Source: Selaginella moellendorffii (Eukaryota; Plantae; Lycopodiophyta). Taken from it: DNA of 64,000 nt. The position numbers and the translations under genes are program-made. Shown piece by piece: positions 1 to 10,569 of this stretch. How positions within the stretch are numbered: the first letter of the stretch is position 1; each line of letters begins with the position of its first letter. Where the stretch lies: assembly GCF_000143415.4 (NCBI RefSeq), contig NW_003314278.1:822371-886370 (forward strand). Direction: 5' to 3'. The notes beneath the pieces are model-generated. The model worked only from the letters and a program-made list of their open reading frames with translations, did no database searches and was not told the DNA's origin.

Positions 1-735
1 GTCGTCCATGGCATGTCCAGCACTACCGTTGTGCCCGTTGGCAATCGCAGAGGCTGAACGAGGCATACCGAGCATACTTAAAAGAATCCGAGCTATGTTC
101 GATAAGGTGATTTGTCTTGTTGTGTTTCTTGTGTTAAATCTTTGCTCTCTATTATTGCTTAGGTGGGCCTCAAGGAGGCGGATTCGATGGTGGTGCGAGT
201 CACCGGGTGTCCTAATGGTTGTGCGAGGCCATACATGGCAGAACTTGGACTGGTCGGAGATGGAGCAAATAGTTATCAGGTAATTTTCTGTGGTGCTTTT
301 TCAATTTACACGTTTATGTCAATGGTAGATTTGGCTCGGAGGCACGGCAAACCAGACACGGTTGGCTCAAACTTTTATGGAGAAAGTAAAGATTCAGGAC
401 TTTGAAAGGGTTTTAGAGCCTCTCTTCTACCTGTGGAAAGCACGACGAACATCTGAAGAGTCTTTTGGAGATTTTACAATGAGAATGGTATTGTTAATCC
501 AAATGCCTGGTACGGTTGCTGAATGATGTTTTCGATGCAGGGATTTGATGTGCTAAAAAGTCACATCGAAACGTACAAAGGACCTCGTACTGGAAGGTCA
601 CGCATTCTTCTGGACTCTGATGTCCATGCTGCATTGGAGAAGCAGGCGGATGAGAAGGGTCTTAGCGTGCACAAACTGGCGAGTCAAGTTTTGCTGGACT
701 ACCTGAATGGAAGTCAAGACAGCGATAGCGATTGA
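1..735 (+). CDS. SIR: Ferredoxin-dependent sulfite reductase, 3' part (5'-truncated by the window); exons <1-106, 163-279, 329-487, 541-735
   Basis: Siroheme/4Fe-4S motifs [18 protein letters not shown] and [21 protein letters not shown]; IWLGG and ESFGDF exons; GT-AG introns of about 50 nt restore a single frame; C-terminal RHH-like tail. Confidence 0.95.
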
Positions 736-963
736 GGAGAGGTTCTTGTTGTTTTAGATTTCGAGATTTCTAAAAGTTTTGATGGTGTGTGTCAAGCTGC
801 AGATGAAATAAATAGGCCGCCTCCAATGAAGGTTGTTTCTTGAAATTCTGGTTGCATGACACGTACGCAAGACACTTGTCTCTATCTTATACTAGCAAGT
901 GAAGGGTCCCGAGGACAGGGGCAAGTAGGGGCATTCTTCTTTCTGTTCCTGACAAGAAACAAC

Positions 964-2211
964 ATGGAGAAATTGCAGAACCGAAGTGATTTGGAAGTGT
1001 CGGTATGTTACCACGATTTGCTTATGTTGACACATACGTCGAAACATTGGCAGGAAATAGGGGAGATTTTCTTCTTTTACCGCCCGAAGATTGACGTGGA
1101 GCATCCACATTCAGCCGGAGAGGTACAGCGTCTTTACATGGTTCTCCGCCCAGTCGCAGCCGATAACAGCCTGGAAGTGAAGCAAGATCCACATTCGGAG
1201 AATGTGAAGGAGAAGCTGGAAGAGTCCGAGGACGCTGTCGAAGGAAAGAAAGAAGCTGACGACATCCAGCGCACAGTTAACGTGAAGGGGACACCTAAAG
1301 AAGGTGACAAGGATGGCAACAGAGATGAGAAGTCTGCCGGGGAGCTACGGGGGAGATCAAGGATGATAAACCAGGGGAGCAGGGCATGCAGGTGTGTTGA
1401 CCTGACCATCTTTTATGTTATCCATGGTTCCTGATCGATCACTTCGTGCAGGAGGTGGATTTGACAAAGCGCTTGCTGATGAGACTGATAATAGTAGGAC
1501 GGAAGGTCTTGCCTGATCCCGCTGCAAAAGGTCGTCCGGCGTGGAGCTACGTGGATCTCGTCACGACTTCCATCCAAGCGATGAAAGACAGCCTTTCGGC
1601 TTGTAAGCTACATTTTCATTATTGCGTTCTCTTCTGAAACCAGATGCCAGATGAATATGACACGAAGACTCGCGGGCACCGGGTTCAGCCAGGAGCCCGT
1701 CCGGCAGGGGAAGGCGTTTACTGCATTCTAAAGCACAAGAATCACACACACCTCATATACAAGCTGGACAAACCCAAGGAGGAACACACTGCTCTGCAGG
1801 AGGAATTGAATCTCGAAAAGGAGGCCTCCTTTATTATCTCAGTGAGATTCGACTCGAAGTTCGTAGGTAGATAGATGGATGCTAAGGTTGAGTTTCTTTC
1901 AGGCAAAGAATCCTAGTGCTGGAGCACCGCCGAATGCAGGCTTGGGTAACAAGAGAAAAGCAATGTACCCCGCCAAGCTGCAAGCGCTCATGGGGTCCTA
2001 CAGGTTTGTGCCGGTCCATCCTCCAGATCTTCTTAATTACGAAGGCTGTGAGTTCATCCTCGTACCAGCATCAGATGACATTGACAAGGAGCTGGGAGTG
2101 GAGCTACAGCCCGAGGATTACGACACCAAGCTGTGCGCAGACATCGCTAAGATGGTGGATATAGAATCGGATGTTATTAGAAAACCACTGTTTCATGGTG
2201 AGTGGGCCTAG
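964..2211 (+). CDS. Conserved uncharacterised protein (At1g16770-like); exons about 964-1002, 1054-1391, 1452-1602, 1651-1841, 1903-2211; apparent 1-nt frameshift in exon 2
   Basis: Blocks GEIFFFYRPK, EVQRLYMVLRP, LMRLIIVGRKVLPDP, EYDTKTRG, ARPAGEGVY, THLIYKL and PPDLLNYEGCEFILV recalled from a plant/fungal/bacterial family of unknown function; canonical short introns. Confidence 0.8.
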
Positions 2212-2235
2212 ATACATACCATCCCGGTAATCTGA

Positions 2236-3414
2236 TCAAAGAAACTTTCTTCTCCCTTTCTCTGCGGTGAGAAATCTAGCCGGGTCGAAGGGCTTGAGAT
2301 CCACTGTCGTAGAGTGGCTTTCGACAATGAGCTCCGCTAGACTTGCACCGGTCGCCGGTGCATTCAGGATTCCCCAGCAACTGTGCCCGGTTGCCAAGTA
2401 GACACCGGCTGCGTGAGGAAGCTTTCCAATGAGAGGAACACCGTCAACCGAGAGCGGCAGGAAGCACGCCTGCTGAGCCTTGACTTGGCAGCCATCCAGC
2501 TGACTCGACACGGCCCCAGCAACTCGCTTCAGCATGTCCATCGCTTCGGCCTTGGGCTCGACGTGGTCCGCATCTGGAGGAAGTTCCACATGCTCCGACA
2601 TACCGCACACGTAGACTTCCCCGGTGGGACGTGGATACACTTCTGGATCCATGGTTTCACCCTCCCTAGAGGTGAAACTGAGGAACAAAGCGTGCGGGGA
2701 GATGTCCCGTCCCTCACGAGGCTGCAGGATAATACTGTGCGCTTTCAGCCCCGAAATGCTTGTTAAGTCGGTCACAAGCTTTAGCTTTCCACACCAGGGC
2801 CCGAGAGCAATCACCACCGTCTCCGCTTCCACAAACTTGTCATCAACCACCACCCCTGAAACCTGGGCCGTCTCGGGGTCGACTCTGATCTCTCGCACAG
2901 TACCCTTGAGGAACTCGGCTCCAAAGTCAGACTCGGCACGGGACATGACGGTCCGAGTGAAGAGCTGAGGATGGACCTGAGCTGTAGTTGCCTGGCTCCC
3001 GATGGAACTGGATTTCCTGATTGCACCATCGATCCACGATGGAAGAGAGGCGGAAGCTCCTGCACCTGCTGTCCCTGTAGGCTCTTTGACCGTGACACTC
3101 AGCGCATCCAGCCTTCTGTACCCGTAATTTGTTTCGCCACCAAGCTCGTCTGCAAGCTGCCGGTGCAGGGCAAAGCTTGCTCGCGCCAGGTTCCCGACCG
3201 GAGAACCATCGCACCAGTCGAGAGCAAGGAAGCCACCAGCCTTACCCGATGCTGCCGTAGCCACGCCACAGCTGTCCACGACCGTCACCTTGACGCCCCT
3301 CTTCCCCAGGAAGTAAGCGGTACAGGAACCGATAACGCCCGCACCGCACACCACTGCACGAGAAGTGCCACTCCCGGCGCCTGTGCTGCCGCTGGAGCAA
3401 ATCGCCGCCGCCAT
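2236..3414 (-). CDS. FAD-dependent oxidoreductase, DAO family (TDA3-like), intronless, 392 aa
   Basis: Rossmann motif VVCGAGVIG, ASGKAGGFLA, TAQVHPQ, DPEVYPRP and C-terminal ATGHSCWGILNAPATG. Confidence 0.92.
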   Translation of the reverse strand: MAAAICSSGSTGAGSGTSRAVVCGAGVIGSCTAYFLGKRGVKVTVVDSCGVATAASGKAGGFLALDWCDGSPVGNLARASFALHRQLADELGGETNYGYRRLDALSVTVKEPTGTAGAGASASLPSWIDGAIRKSSSIGSQATTAQVHPQLFTRTVMSRAESDFGAEFLKGTVREIRVDPETAQVSGVVVDDKFVEAETVVIALGPWCGKLKLVTDLTSISGLKAHSIILQPREGRDISPHALFLSFTSREGETMDPEVYPRPTGEVYVCGMSEHVELPPDADHVEPKAEAMDMLKRVAGAVSSQLDGCQVKAQQACFLPLSVDGVPLIGKLPHAAGVYLATGHSCWGILNAPATGASLAELIVESHSTTVDLKPFDPARFLTAEKGRRKFL

Positions 3415-3513
3415 CTACTGAATCGAAGTGTCTCTCGCTACCTAGGTAGTAGTTTACACGCGCCCCTGTCGCCCGTTGTGGTGGGAAAAGAATGGAGGCC
3501 TTCCGTCTCGTTG

Positions 3514-4087
3514 CTAAACAGCTGCCGACAAAAGAAAAGCTTAGGGAACGAGAAGCACCAAAAGAGGCCAGGCGCCGTCTTACTTGCACGCGCCGTTCTA
3601 ATGGGGATGTCCCTCAATTCGCGCCTGAGGCAGAGCCACTCGCCAAGGAGGGCAGTGACGGCCAAGCACGTCCCCATGAGCAACCACCACGTCACAGTTA
3701 GCGGGAATCCCCCGTAGATGGAGCTCAAGATCAAGTGAATAATGTAGACAGTGGCCGAGAAATCCAGGCACTTTTTGGCCCTCTCCACCAGCACGAACAG
3801 GTAGGCAGCTCTAAAAGGGAGAATGAGAGATTTGTTTGCGTGGATCTGGAGGGGAGGACTTACACTAGGAGCGAGTTGAGGATGAAGGCCGAGATGAGGC
3901 ACCAGCCGGTGGCGGAGGAGAAGGAGAGCAGCGTGTGGTCGAAGAAGAAGAGGAGCGTAAACTTCGGTACCTGGACTCCCACGAATGCCCACAGCAGCGC
4001 GCCAAGGCTGACATAGCTCAGGCACTGGATGCAGACGATCTGCGACACAATGAGCCACGGATCCCACACCGCTGCGCCATAGAACAT
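3514..4087 (-). CDS. SYS1: Golgi integral membrane protein SYS1; exons 4087-3864, 3810-3584, 3521-3514
   Basis: MFYGAAVWDPWLIVSQIVCIQ start; ERAKKCLDFSATVYIIH and LLGEWLCLRRELRDIP signatures; two GT-AG introns splice in frame to ...RATV*. Confidence 0.92.
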
Positions 4088-4152
4088 GGTGTGTGGGTGC
4101 GCCCTAGGCACGAGAAGCCGGGAGGGAGCCCTAAAAAAGCCCGGGCCTCGGG

Positions 4153-4883
4153 CTAGCAGTCGGCGACGCCGCGGGCGCAACAGGTGGCGAACACGAACCA
4201 TGCCGCCAGGAGCGAGGAGATGAGCGCCCAGCCGACGAGGAAGGGCCAGCCGGCGGTGAGGAGGCCGATGCAGAGGACGAGGACGAAAGGCGCGAGCGAC
4301 CTGAGGAGCGCGGCGGGGCCGATCCAGTGGCCGCGGCAGTGCACCAGGGCGACGATGTGGATCATGTTCCAGTCGGTGCGGCCCTGGTACGCGGCGCGGT
4401 TGAGGCAGGTGGAGACGAACGAGTGGCAGTTGCAGGTGAAGAAGTTGTACGTCTTGTGCTGGAACTTGTGCATGCAGCTGCGCAGGGCGTCGTCCCAGTC
4501 GCTGGCGGTGCCCAGCTGCGAGTGCCGGAACGCCTCCCGGCAGCGGTGCCCCGACAAGGCGAATGCGGGGAAGCAGCACTGCGCAGCAACCAGTGTCATG
4601 CGGTTAGCTGCAACATGTCACTACGCACCTGGTCGGGGTCGAGGCGGAGGAACTTTGCGGGCGAGCCGAAGGCGAAGCCGTCCACGTTGACGAAGAAGGG
4701 GCCGGCGAAGTCGAGGATGACACCGTCGGCGCGACAGATCCCTACGTGGCCGATGAGCGGCGACAGCCACGAGACGATGGGCAATGGCGTCCACACCACG
4801 CAGTGCGGGAAGCGCGCTCGCTCGGCATCCACCGCCGCCGCCGCATTGCCGCCCACGGTGAGCGCCACCGCATCCATGGCCAT
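4153..4883 (-). CDS. RTE1: REVERSION-TO-ETHYLENE SENSITIVITY1-like (RTE1/TMEM222, DUF778); exons 4883-4629, 4578-4153
   Basis: [31 protein letters not shown] and [12 protein letters not shown] motifs; C-terminal transmembrane segments; one 50-nt intron. Confidence 0.92.
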
Positions 4884-4908
4884 GCCTGCGCGCGACCTAA
4901 AGCGGGGC

Positions 4909-4916
4909 TAGGGTTT
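4909..4916 (+). promoter_or_regulatory. Telo-box (TAGGGTTT / AAACCCTA) in the 41-bp spacer between the RTE1 and RRP4 start codons
   Basis: Exact match to the plant telo-box, 8 nt upstream of the RRP4 ATG; telo-boxes are common at ribosome-biogenesis genes. Confidence 0.55.
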
Positions 4917-4924
4917 CGACAAGG

Positions 4925-6055
4925 ATGCGGGCGCTGGTCGCGATTGGTGATGTGATCCAGGTGGATCACCAGGACGGAATCCTGAGGTAAAAGGAGGCGG
5001 CCTCTTTCCAGCCAACCCTTCAAGCCATGCTTGTTCTTTTAGAGGGCACGGAACGCAGCTTGTAGACGGGGAGCTGGTAGCCACTGTTTGCGGCACTGTC
5101 GAGCGGGTGAACAAGCTCGTGTTTGTCAAGCCGCTTCGTTCCAGGTAGGGCGCTCTTGTATTGTAGAGAGGCGATGCATTCTTTGTCAACCTTTGCAACA
5201 CAAGGTACGAAGCACGGGTTGGAGATGTTGTCATCGGCCGAGTCACCGAGGTTGGTTGAACCGTTGGAGGGGTGATCGGCTGACTCGTACTTGTTTCCAG
5301 CTTGCCCAAAAGCGATGGAAGGTGGATGTCAACTCCAAGCAGGACGCCCATCTCATGCTGTCCGCGGTGAATTTACCAGGTGGAATCCAGGTAAATCATC
5401 CGCATTCCGCACTGCTATATGCTACATTGCGCATCTCCTGCAGAGGCGGCGGACGGCCACCGACGAGCTCAATATGCGGTCTGTGTTTGTAGAAGGTGAC
5501 CTCATCAGTGTATGTGCTAGTTTTGTCTTGTGGAAACTTATCGATGCATGCAGGCTGAGGTGCAATCTGCGAGCCAGGACTCCATCCACCTCCACACCCG
5601 GAGCTTGAAGTATGGCAAGGTAAGCAAGAAAACAATGGCTGTGTCTGGGGCTGACGTTCTATCCGGATTGGCAGCTGCAAATGGGCCAGCTTGTCAAGGT
5701 TGAGCCTTACCTCATCAAGCGCTTGAGCCAGCACTTTCACAGCTTTGGGCAGTACCAGGTGGAAGTTATCTTTGGGTGCAACGGCTACGTGTGGATATCA
5801 AGCGTTGCACAGCGTGAACAGCAGCAGCAGCAGCTGGAGGAGGATGGGGCGGCGATCCCGATTCCGCTGGCAACCAGGGAGAGGATTTGCCGGGTGGGCA
5901 ACGCTGTGAGAGCGCTGGCCTCGCAGGGGCTCGTCGTGTCTCCAGACTCGGTGGTGGCGGCGTACGAGGCGAGCGTGGGGTGGGGGATTGAGCCCAAGGA
6001 CATGCTTGCGCGGGCCTTTGGTGAAAGGCTTGTTGCGCGGGAGAATCACAAATGA
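4925..6055 (+). CDS. RRP4: Exosome complex component RRP4 (about 7 exons)
   Basis: Spliced product MRALVAIGDVIQVD..LRGHGT..VCGTVERVNKLV..YEARVGDVVIGRVTE..KRWKVDVNS..LPGGIQRRRTATDELNMR..LHTRSLKYGK..IFGCNGYVWI (S1 and KH domains). Confidence 0.93.
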
Positions 6056-6073
6056 AATAATTTAGGGCTTGCG

Positions 6074-9000
6074 ATGGCGCGGTGCCTGGCAGCGAGGGTC
6101 TCGTCCAGGCTTGTGTTGCCGAGGTTGCGCGTCGAGACTGGATCCTTCCATACGATTGTTAGACCAGCCAAAAGAGACGCGGTGCATTTTCATGGGAGCC
6201 CGCGGTGGATGCAAAGGCCGCCCGCGCCCCGCTCCGTCCCTCTCTCCCGCCTCACTGACAACTTCCTCGACGGCACCAGCAGCGTCTACTTGGAAGAGCT
6301 CCAGTGCGCGTGGGAGGCGGATCCCAGGAGCGTGGACGAGTCGTGGGACAACTTCTTCCGGAATTTCACGGGCAAGGCGGCATCCAGTCCCGGCCTGTCG
6401 GGACAGACGATCCAAGAGAGCATGCGCTTGCTGCTGCTGGTGAGAGCGTACCAGGTGAATGGTCACATGAAAGCGCAGCTGGATCCCCTGGGGCTGGAGC
6501 AGCGCGTGCCCCCGCAGGATCTCAACCCGGCTCTGTATGGATTCACGGATGCCGACCTGGACCGGGAGTTTTTCATCGGGGTGTGGAGGATGTCGGGCTT
6601 CTTGTCCGAGAATCGCCCTGTCCAGACGCTGAGGGCCATTCTCAGACGTTTAGAGCAGGCATACTGCGGGAGCATTGGCTACGAGTACATGCACATCCCG
6701 GACAGGGACAAGTGTAACTGGCTGCGGGAGAGGATCGAGCAGCACGTCCCCAGCAACTACTCGCGGGAGAAGCAGGCCATCATCCTGGATCGCCTCATCT
6801 GGGGGACGCGCTTTGAGAACTTCCTGGCGCAAAAGTGGACTGCTGCCAAGCGCTTTGGCCTCGAGGGTTGCGAGACGCTGATCCCGGGAATGAAAGAGCT
6901 CATCGACCGGGCCGCCGACCTGGGCGTGGACAGCATTGTCATTGGCATGCCTCACAGGGGTCGGCTCAACGTGCTGGGTAATGTGGTGAGGAAACCGCTG
7001 AGGCACATCTTCAGCGAGTTTAGTGCCGGGATAAGGCCCGCCGACGTCGAGAAAGGTGGCTACACCGGGAGTGGTGACGTCAAGTACCATCTGGGCACTT
7101 CCTACGACAGGCCAACGCGCAGCGGTAAGAGGATTCACCTCTCGCTCGTTGCAAACCCAAGCCACCTGGAAGCCGTGGACCCGGTTGTCATCGGAAAGAC
7201 GAGGGCCAAGCAGTACTACTCGCAAGACGTCGAGCGCAAGAGAAACATGGCCGTCTTGCTCCACGGCGACGGCAGCTTCTCGGGGCAAGGTGTGGTGTAC
7301 GAGACGCTGCACTTGAGCGACCTTCCCAACTACACAACTGGCGGTACCATTCATATCGTCGTCAACAATCAGGTGGCCTTCACCACCGACCCCAAGAGCA
7401 GTCGCTCCTCTCCTTACTGCACCGACGTTGCCAAGGCCTTGAACGCTCCCATTTTCCACGTCAATGGCGACGATGTGGAGGCCGTTGTCCACGCCTGTGC
7501 GATGGCGGCGGAGTGGAGATGCCACTTCAAGGCGGATGTCGTCGTTGACATCGTTTGCTACCGCCGGTTTGGTCACAACGAGATCGACGAGCCGAACTTC
7601 ACTCAGCCTAAAATGTATCAGGTACGTCTGCCGTATCTTGCATGCACATGTCCCTTGACGTGTGTGCGTACTCTGGCAGGTCATCAAGGGCCACCCCACT
7701 TCTCTCGACATCTACGAGAAGAAGCTGGCCCAAGTCGGGCAGCTGAAAAAGGAGGACATTGCAAGGGTGCACGACAAGGTGATGGCGATCTTGAATGAAG
7801 AGTTTCAGAGCAGCAAAGACTATATCCCAAAGACACAAGACTGGCTTGCAGCATATTGGACGGGATTCAAAAGCCCGGAGCAGCTGTCCAGGCTACGAAA
7901 CACGGGGTAAGGGTGGATTTGTGATCACACCCGCATGTGATGACCACTCCAGTGTCAAGCCGGAGATTCTGAAGAACTTTGGCAAGGCGATCACCACGCT
8001 ACCTCCAACTTTCACGCCACACAGAGCGATCAAGAAAGTATACGAGCAACGTGCGCAGATGATTGAGACGGGAGAAGGTGTTGACTGGGCGACTGCAGAA
8101 GCCTTGGCCTTTGCGACGCTGCTTGCCGAAGGCAACCACGTCCGCCTGAGCGGTCAGGACGTTGAGAGAGGCACATTCAGCCACAGACATGCTGTCATAC
8201 ACGACCAGAAGTCTGGCGAAAAGTATTGCCCTCTGAACCATGTGGTGAAGAATCAGAAGGACGAAATGTTTACAGTCAGTAACAGGTGGGCTTGTACTTC
8301 TACCTTCCGTAGGTACTGATAACATGTGGCGCATGCAGCTCACTGTCGGAGTTTGGAGTGCTTGGGTTTGAGCTTGGGTATTCGATGGAGAACCCAAACT
8401 CGTTGGTTTGTTGGGAGGCCCAGTTTGGAGATTTTTCCAACGGTTGCCAGGTGATCTTCGATCAGTTTCTGAGCAGTGGGGAAGCAAAATGGTTGCGTCA
8501 GACGGGCCTGGTCGTCCTGCTGCCACACGGTTATGACGGGCAGGGACCAGAGCACTCGAGTGCGAGGCTGGAAAGATTTCTACAGGTTTCGTAATACAAG
8601 CTTTCAATGCATCTTGGGATTGCTAAATATGACCGCAGATGAGCGATGACAATCCATTCGTCATTCCTGAGATGGAGGTGTCCCTTCGCAAACAGATTCA
8701 AGAATGCAACTGGCAGGTGGTGAACGTGACAACTCCTGCCAATTACTTCCATGTACTCCGCCGGCAGGTAAGCACTAGGTGTTATGATCGTGAGCTATAT
8801 CACTCACTCTTTTTGTTCGCCGCTTAGATTCATCGGGACTTTAGGAAACCTCTTGTCGTCATGGCGCCAAAGAATTTACTGCGCCACCAGGCGTGTCGGT
8901 CAAGTCTGTCCGAATTTAACGATGTTGAGGGACATCCTGGGTTTGATAAGCAAGGCACCCGATTCAAGCGACTGATCAAGGACCAAAACAACCATGCTGA

Positions 9001-9491
9001 GGTGGAGTCGGGGGTTCGTCGCCTCGTTCTCTGCTCTGGAAAGGTAAATTTTGCGAGGCCAGACGGTGAGACTATAGCGTGTGCTTGTCTAGGTGTACTA
9101 TGAGCTGGATGAGGAAAGGCAGCGTGTTGGTGCCAAAGACGTAGCCATTTGCCGCGTGGAGCAGCTTTGCCCGGTTCCTTACGACCTCCTCCAACGAGAA
9201 CTCAGGCGATATCCAAGTAAGCCAGCCAGTTTATCTTCTTTTTCAAACTCGGGTGTGTGCGTAGATGCGGACGTTGTTTGGTGCCAAGAGGAGCCGATGA
9301 ATATGGGTGCATTTCCCTACATGGCTCCTCGCTTGGCAACTGCCATGGTTTCCGTGGAGCATGGCAGCTTCGAGGACCTCAAGTACGTGGGAAGGCCTCC
9401 CTCTGCAGCAACTGCGACGGGGTTCGGCAGTGTGCATAGCCGTGAGCAGAAGGAGCTTGTTCAAAAGGCGCTCCAGGAAGACAGGATGTGA
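6074..9491 (+). CDS. OGDH: 2-oxoglutarate dehydrogenase E1 component, mitochondrial (about 9 exons)
   Basis: Arg/Ser-rich presequence; [28 protein letters not shown], ThDP motif [67 protein letters not shown]. Confidence 0.98.
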
Positions 9492-9555
9492 CACCAACAT
9501 TCCATTCCGTTCTGCAGATATACATTGTATCATCAAAAAATAGACTTCCCAACTT

Positions 9556-10505
9556 TCAGTAGAGGCCAAGGCGTTTGAGCTCATTGACGTGCACGGGATC
9601 TAAGCTAGGCGGTGCCTCTTCGCCATCGTTGATTGTTTGCACCACGTATTCCTGCTTGAAGTGAATTCAGCAAGTGCTATAACCTTGTTATAGATGACAA
9701 GTTACTCACTTGAGACAGCTCGCGCTTTGCAAGGACGTGGTAGTGCCGGTTGCTGATTCGTTGGCCGCAGATTATGGAAACGAAGAACCCGTACGATAGT
9801 CCCGAGAGGAGGGCCACGACAACTGAGGGAAGAAAAGCTAGATTTTGTTTCCCTTGGAGTGGCAAGCACGAACGAACCTGCAAGTGAATAAAAGCCGTAA
9901 GGATGCCGCGAGTATCCAAACATCTCCTTAAGCTCCCTCCCATACAGCAGGTACACCACCAGGCCCAGAAATGCCACAACCTGTTGCAAGGAGTGTAGGC
10001 TATCAAGCCTCGGGGCATGCATTGTCCAAAGGCTTACCAGCTGAGCAGCCAGGACGATGGCGGCGTGATCTCTCATCACCAGCAGCTGGAACTTGAGCCT
10101 CCGCCACCATCTGTCGTGTGGCACATTGGCTCGCAGGTGGAACGTCGCTCGGCATTCCGTGCAGCGTGAGAATGCGGATCCTTCCTGCACTGCACGCTCC
10201 GTTTGAGTGACGATTCAGGAATGAAAATGGTGAGCGAGGCTTCACCTTGGCGGCTCTCCAGCTATCGAGGCAAGACCTGTGGACAAACTTCTGAGTCCCT
10301 CTGCAGCGGCAAGGTGCGATTAAGTCATGGCCTGATCAAAATTTGAACGAAATGAATAATTTGTATAACCTAGATCGCGACTCGCTCGCGCTCACTCACC
10401 TGTCGAGTCTAAGCAGATCCGGCACAGCACCTGCTCGGAGCTCTGGGCGCTGCGAGAAGTTACCAGGGGCGATGTGTCAGTGGAAGAGGAGGAGGAGGCC
10501 ATCAT
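9556..10505 (-). CDS. RING-variant (C4HC3, MARCH-like) zinc-finger membrane protein, 6 exons
   Basis: CRICLDS-GHDLIAPCRCRGTQKFVHRSCLDSWR-FSRCTEC RING-v; transmembrane helices; C-terminal HVLAKREL..EYVV..ELKRLGLY*. Confidence 0.9.
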
Positions 10506-10569
10506 AAAGTATATCCTTCCCCTTTACTCTGCCCTAGAGCTAGGGCTATGGCGGGAATAGTATAGGACA

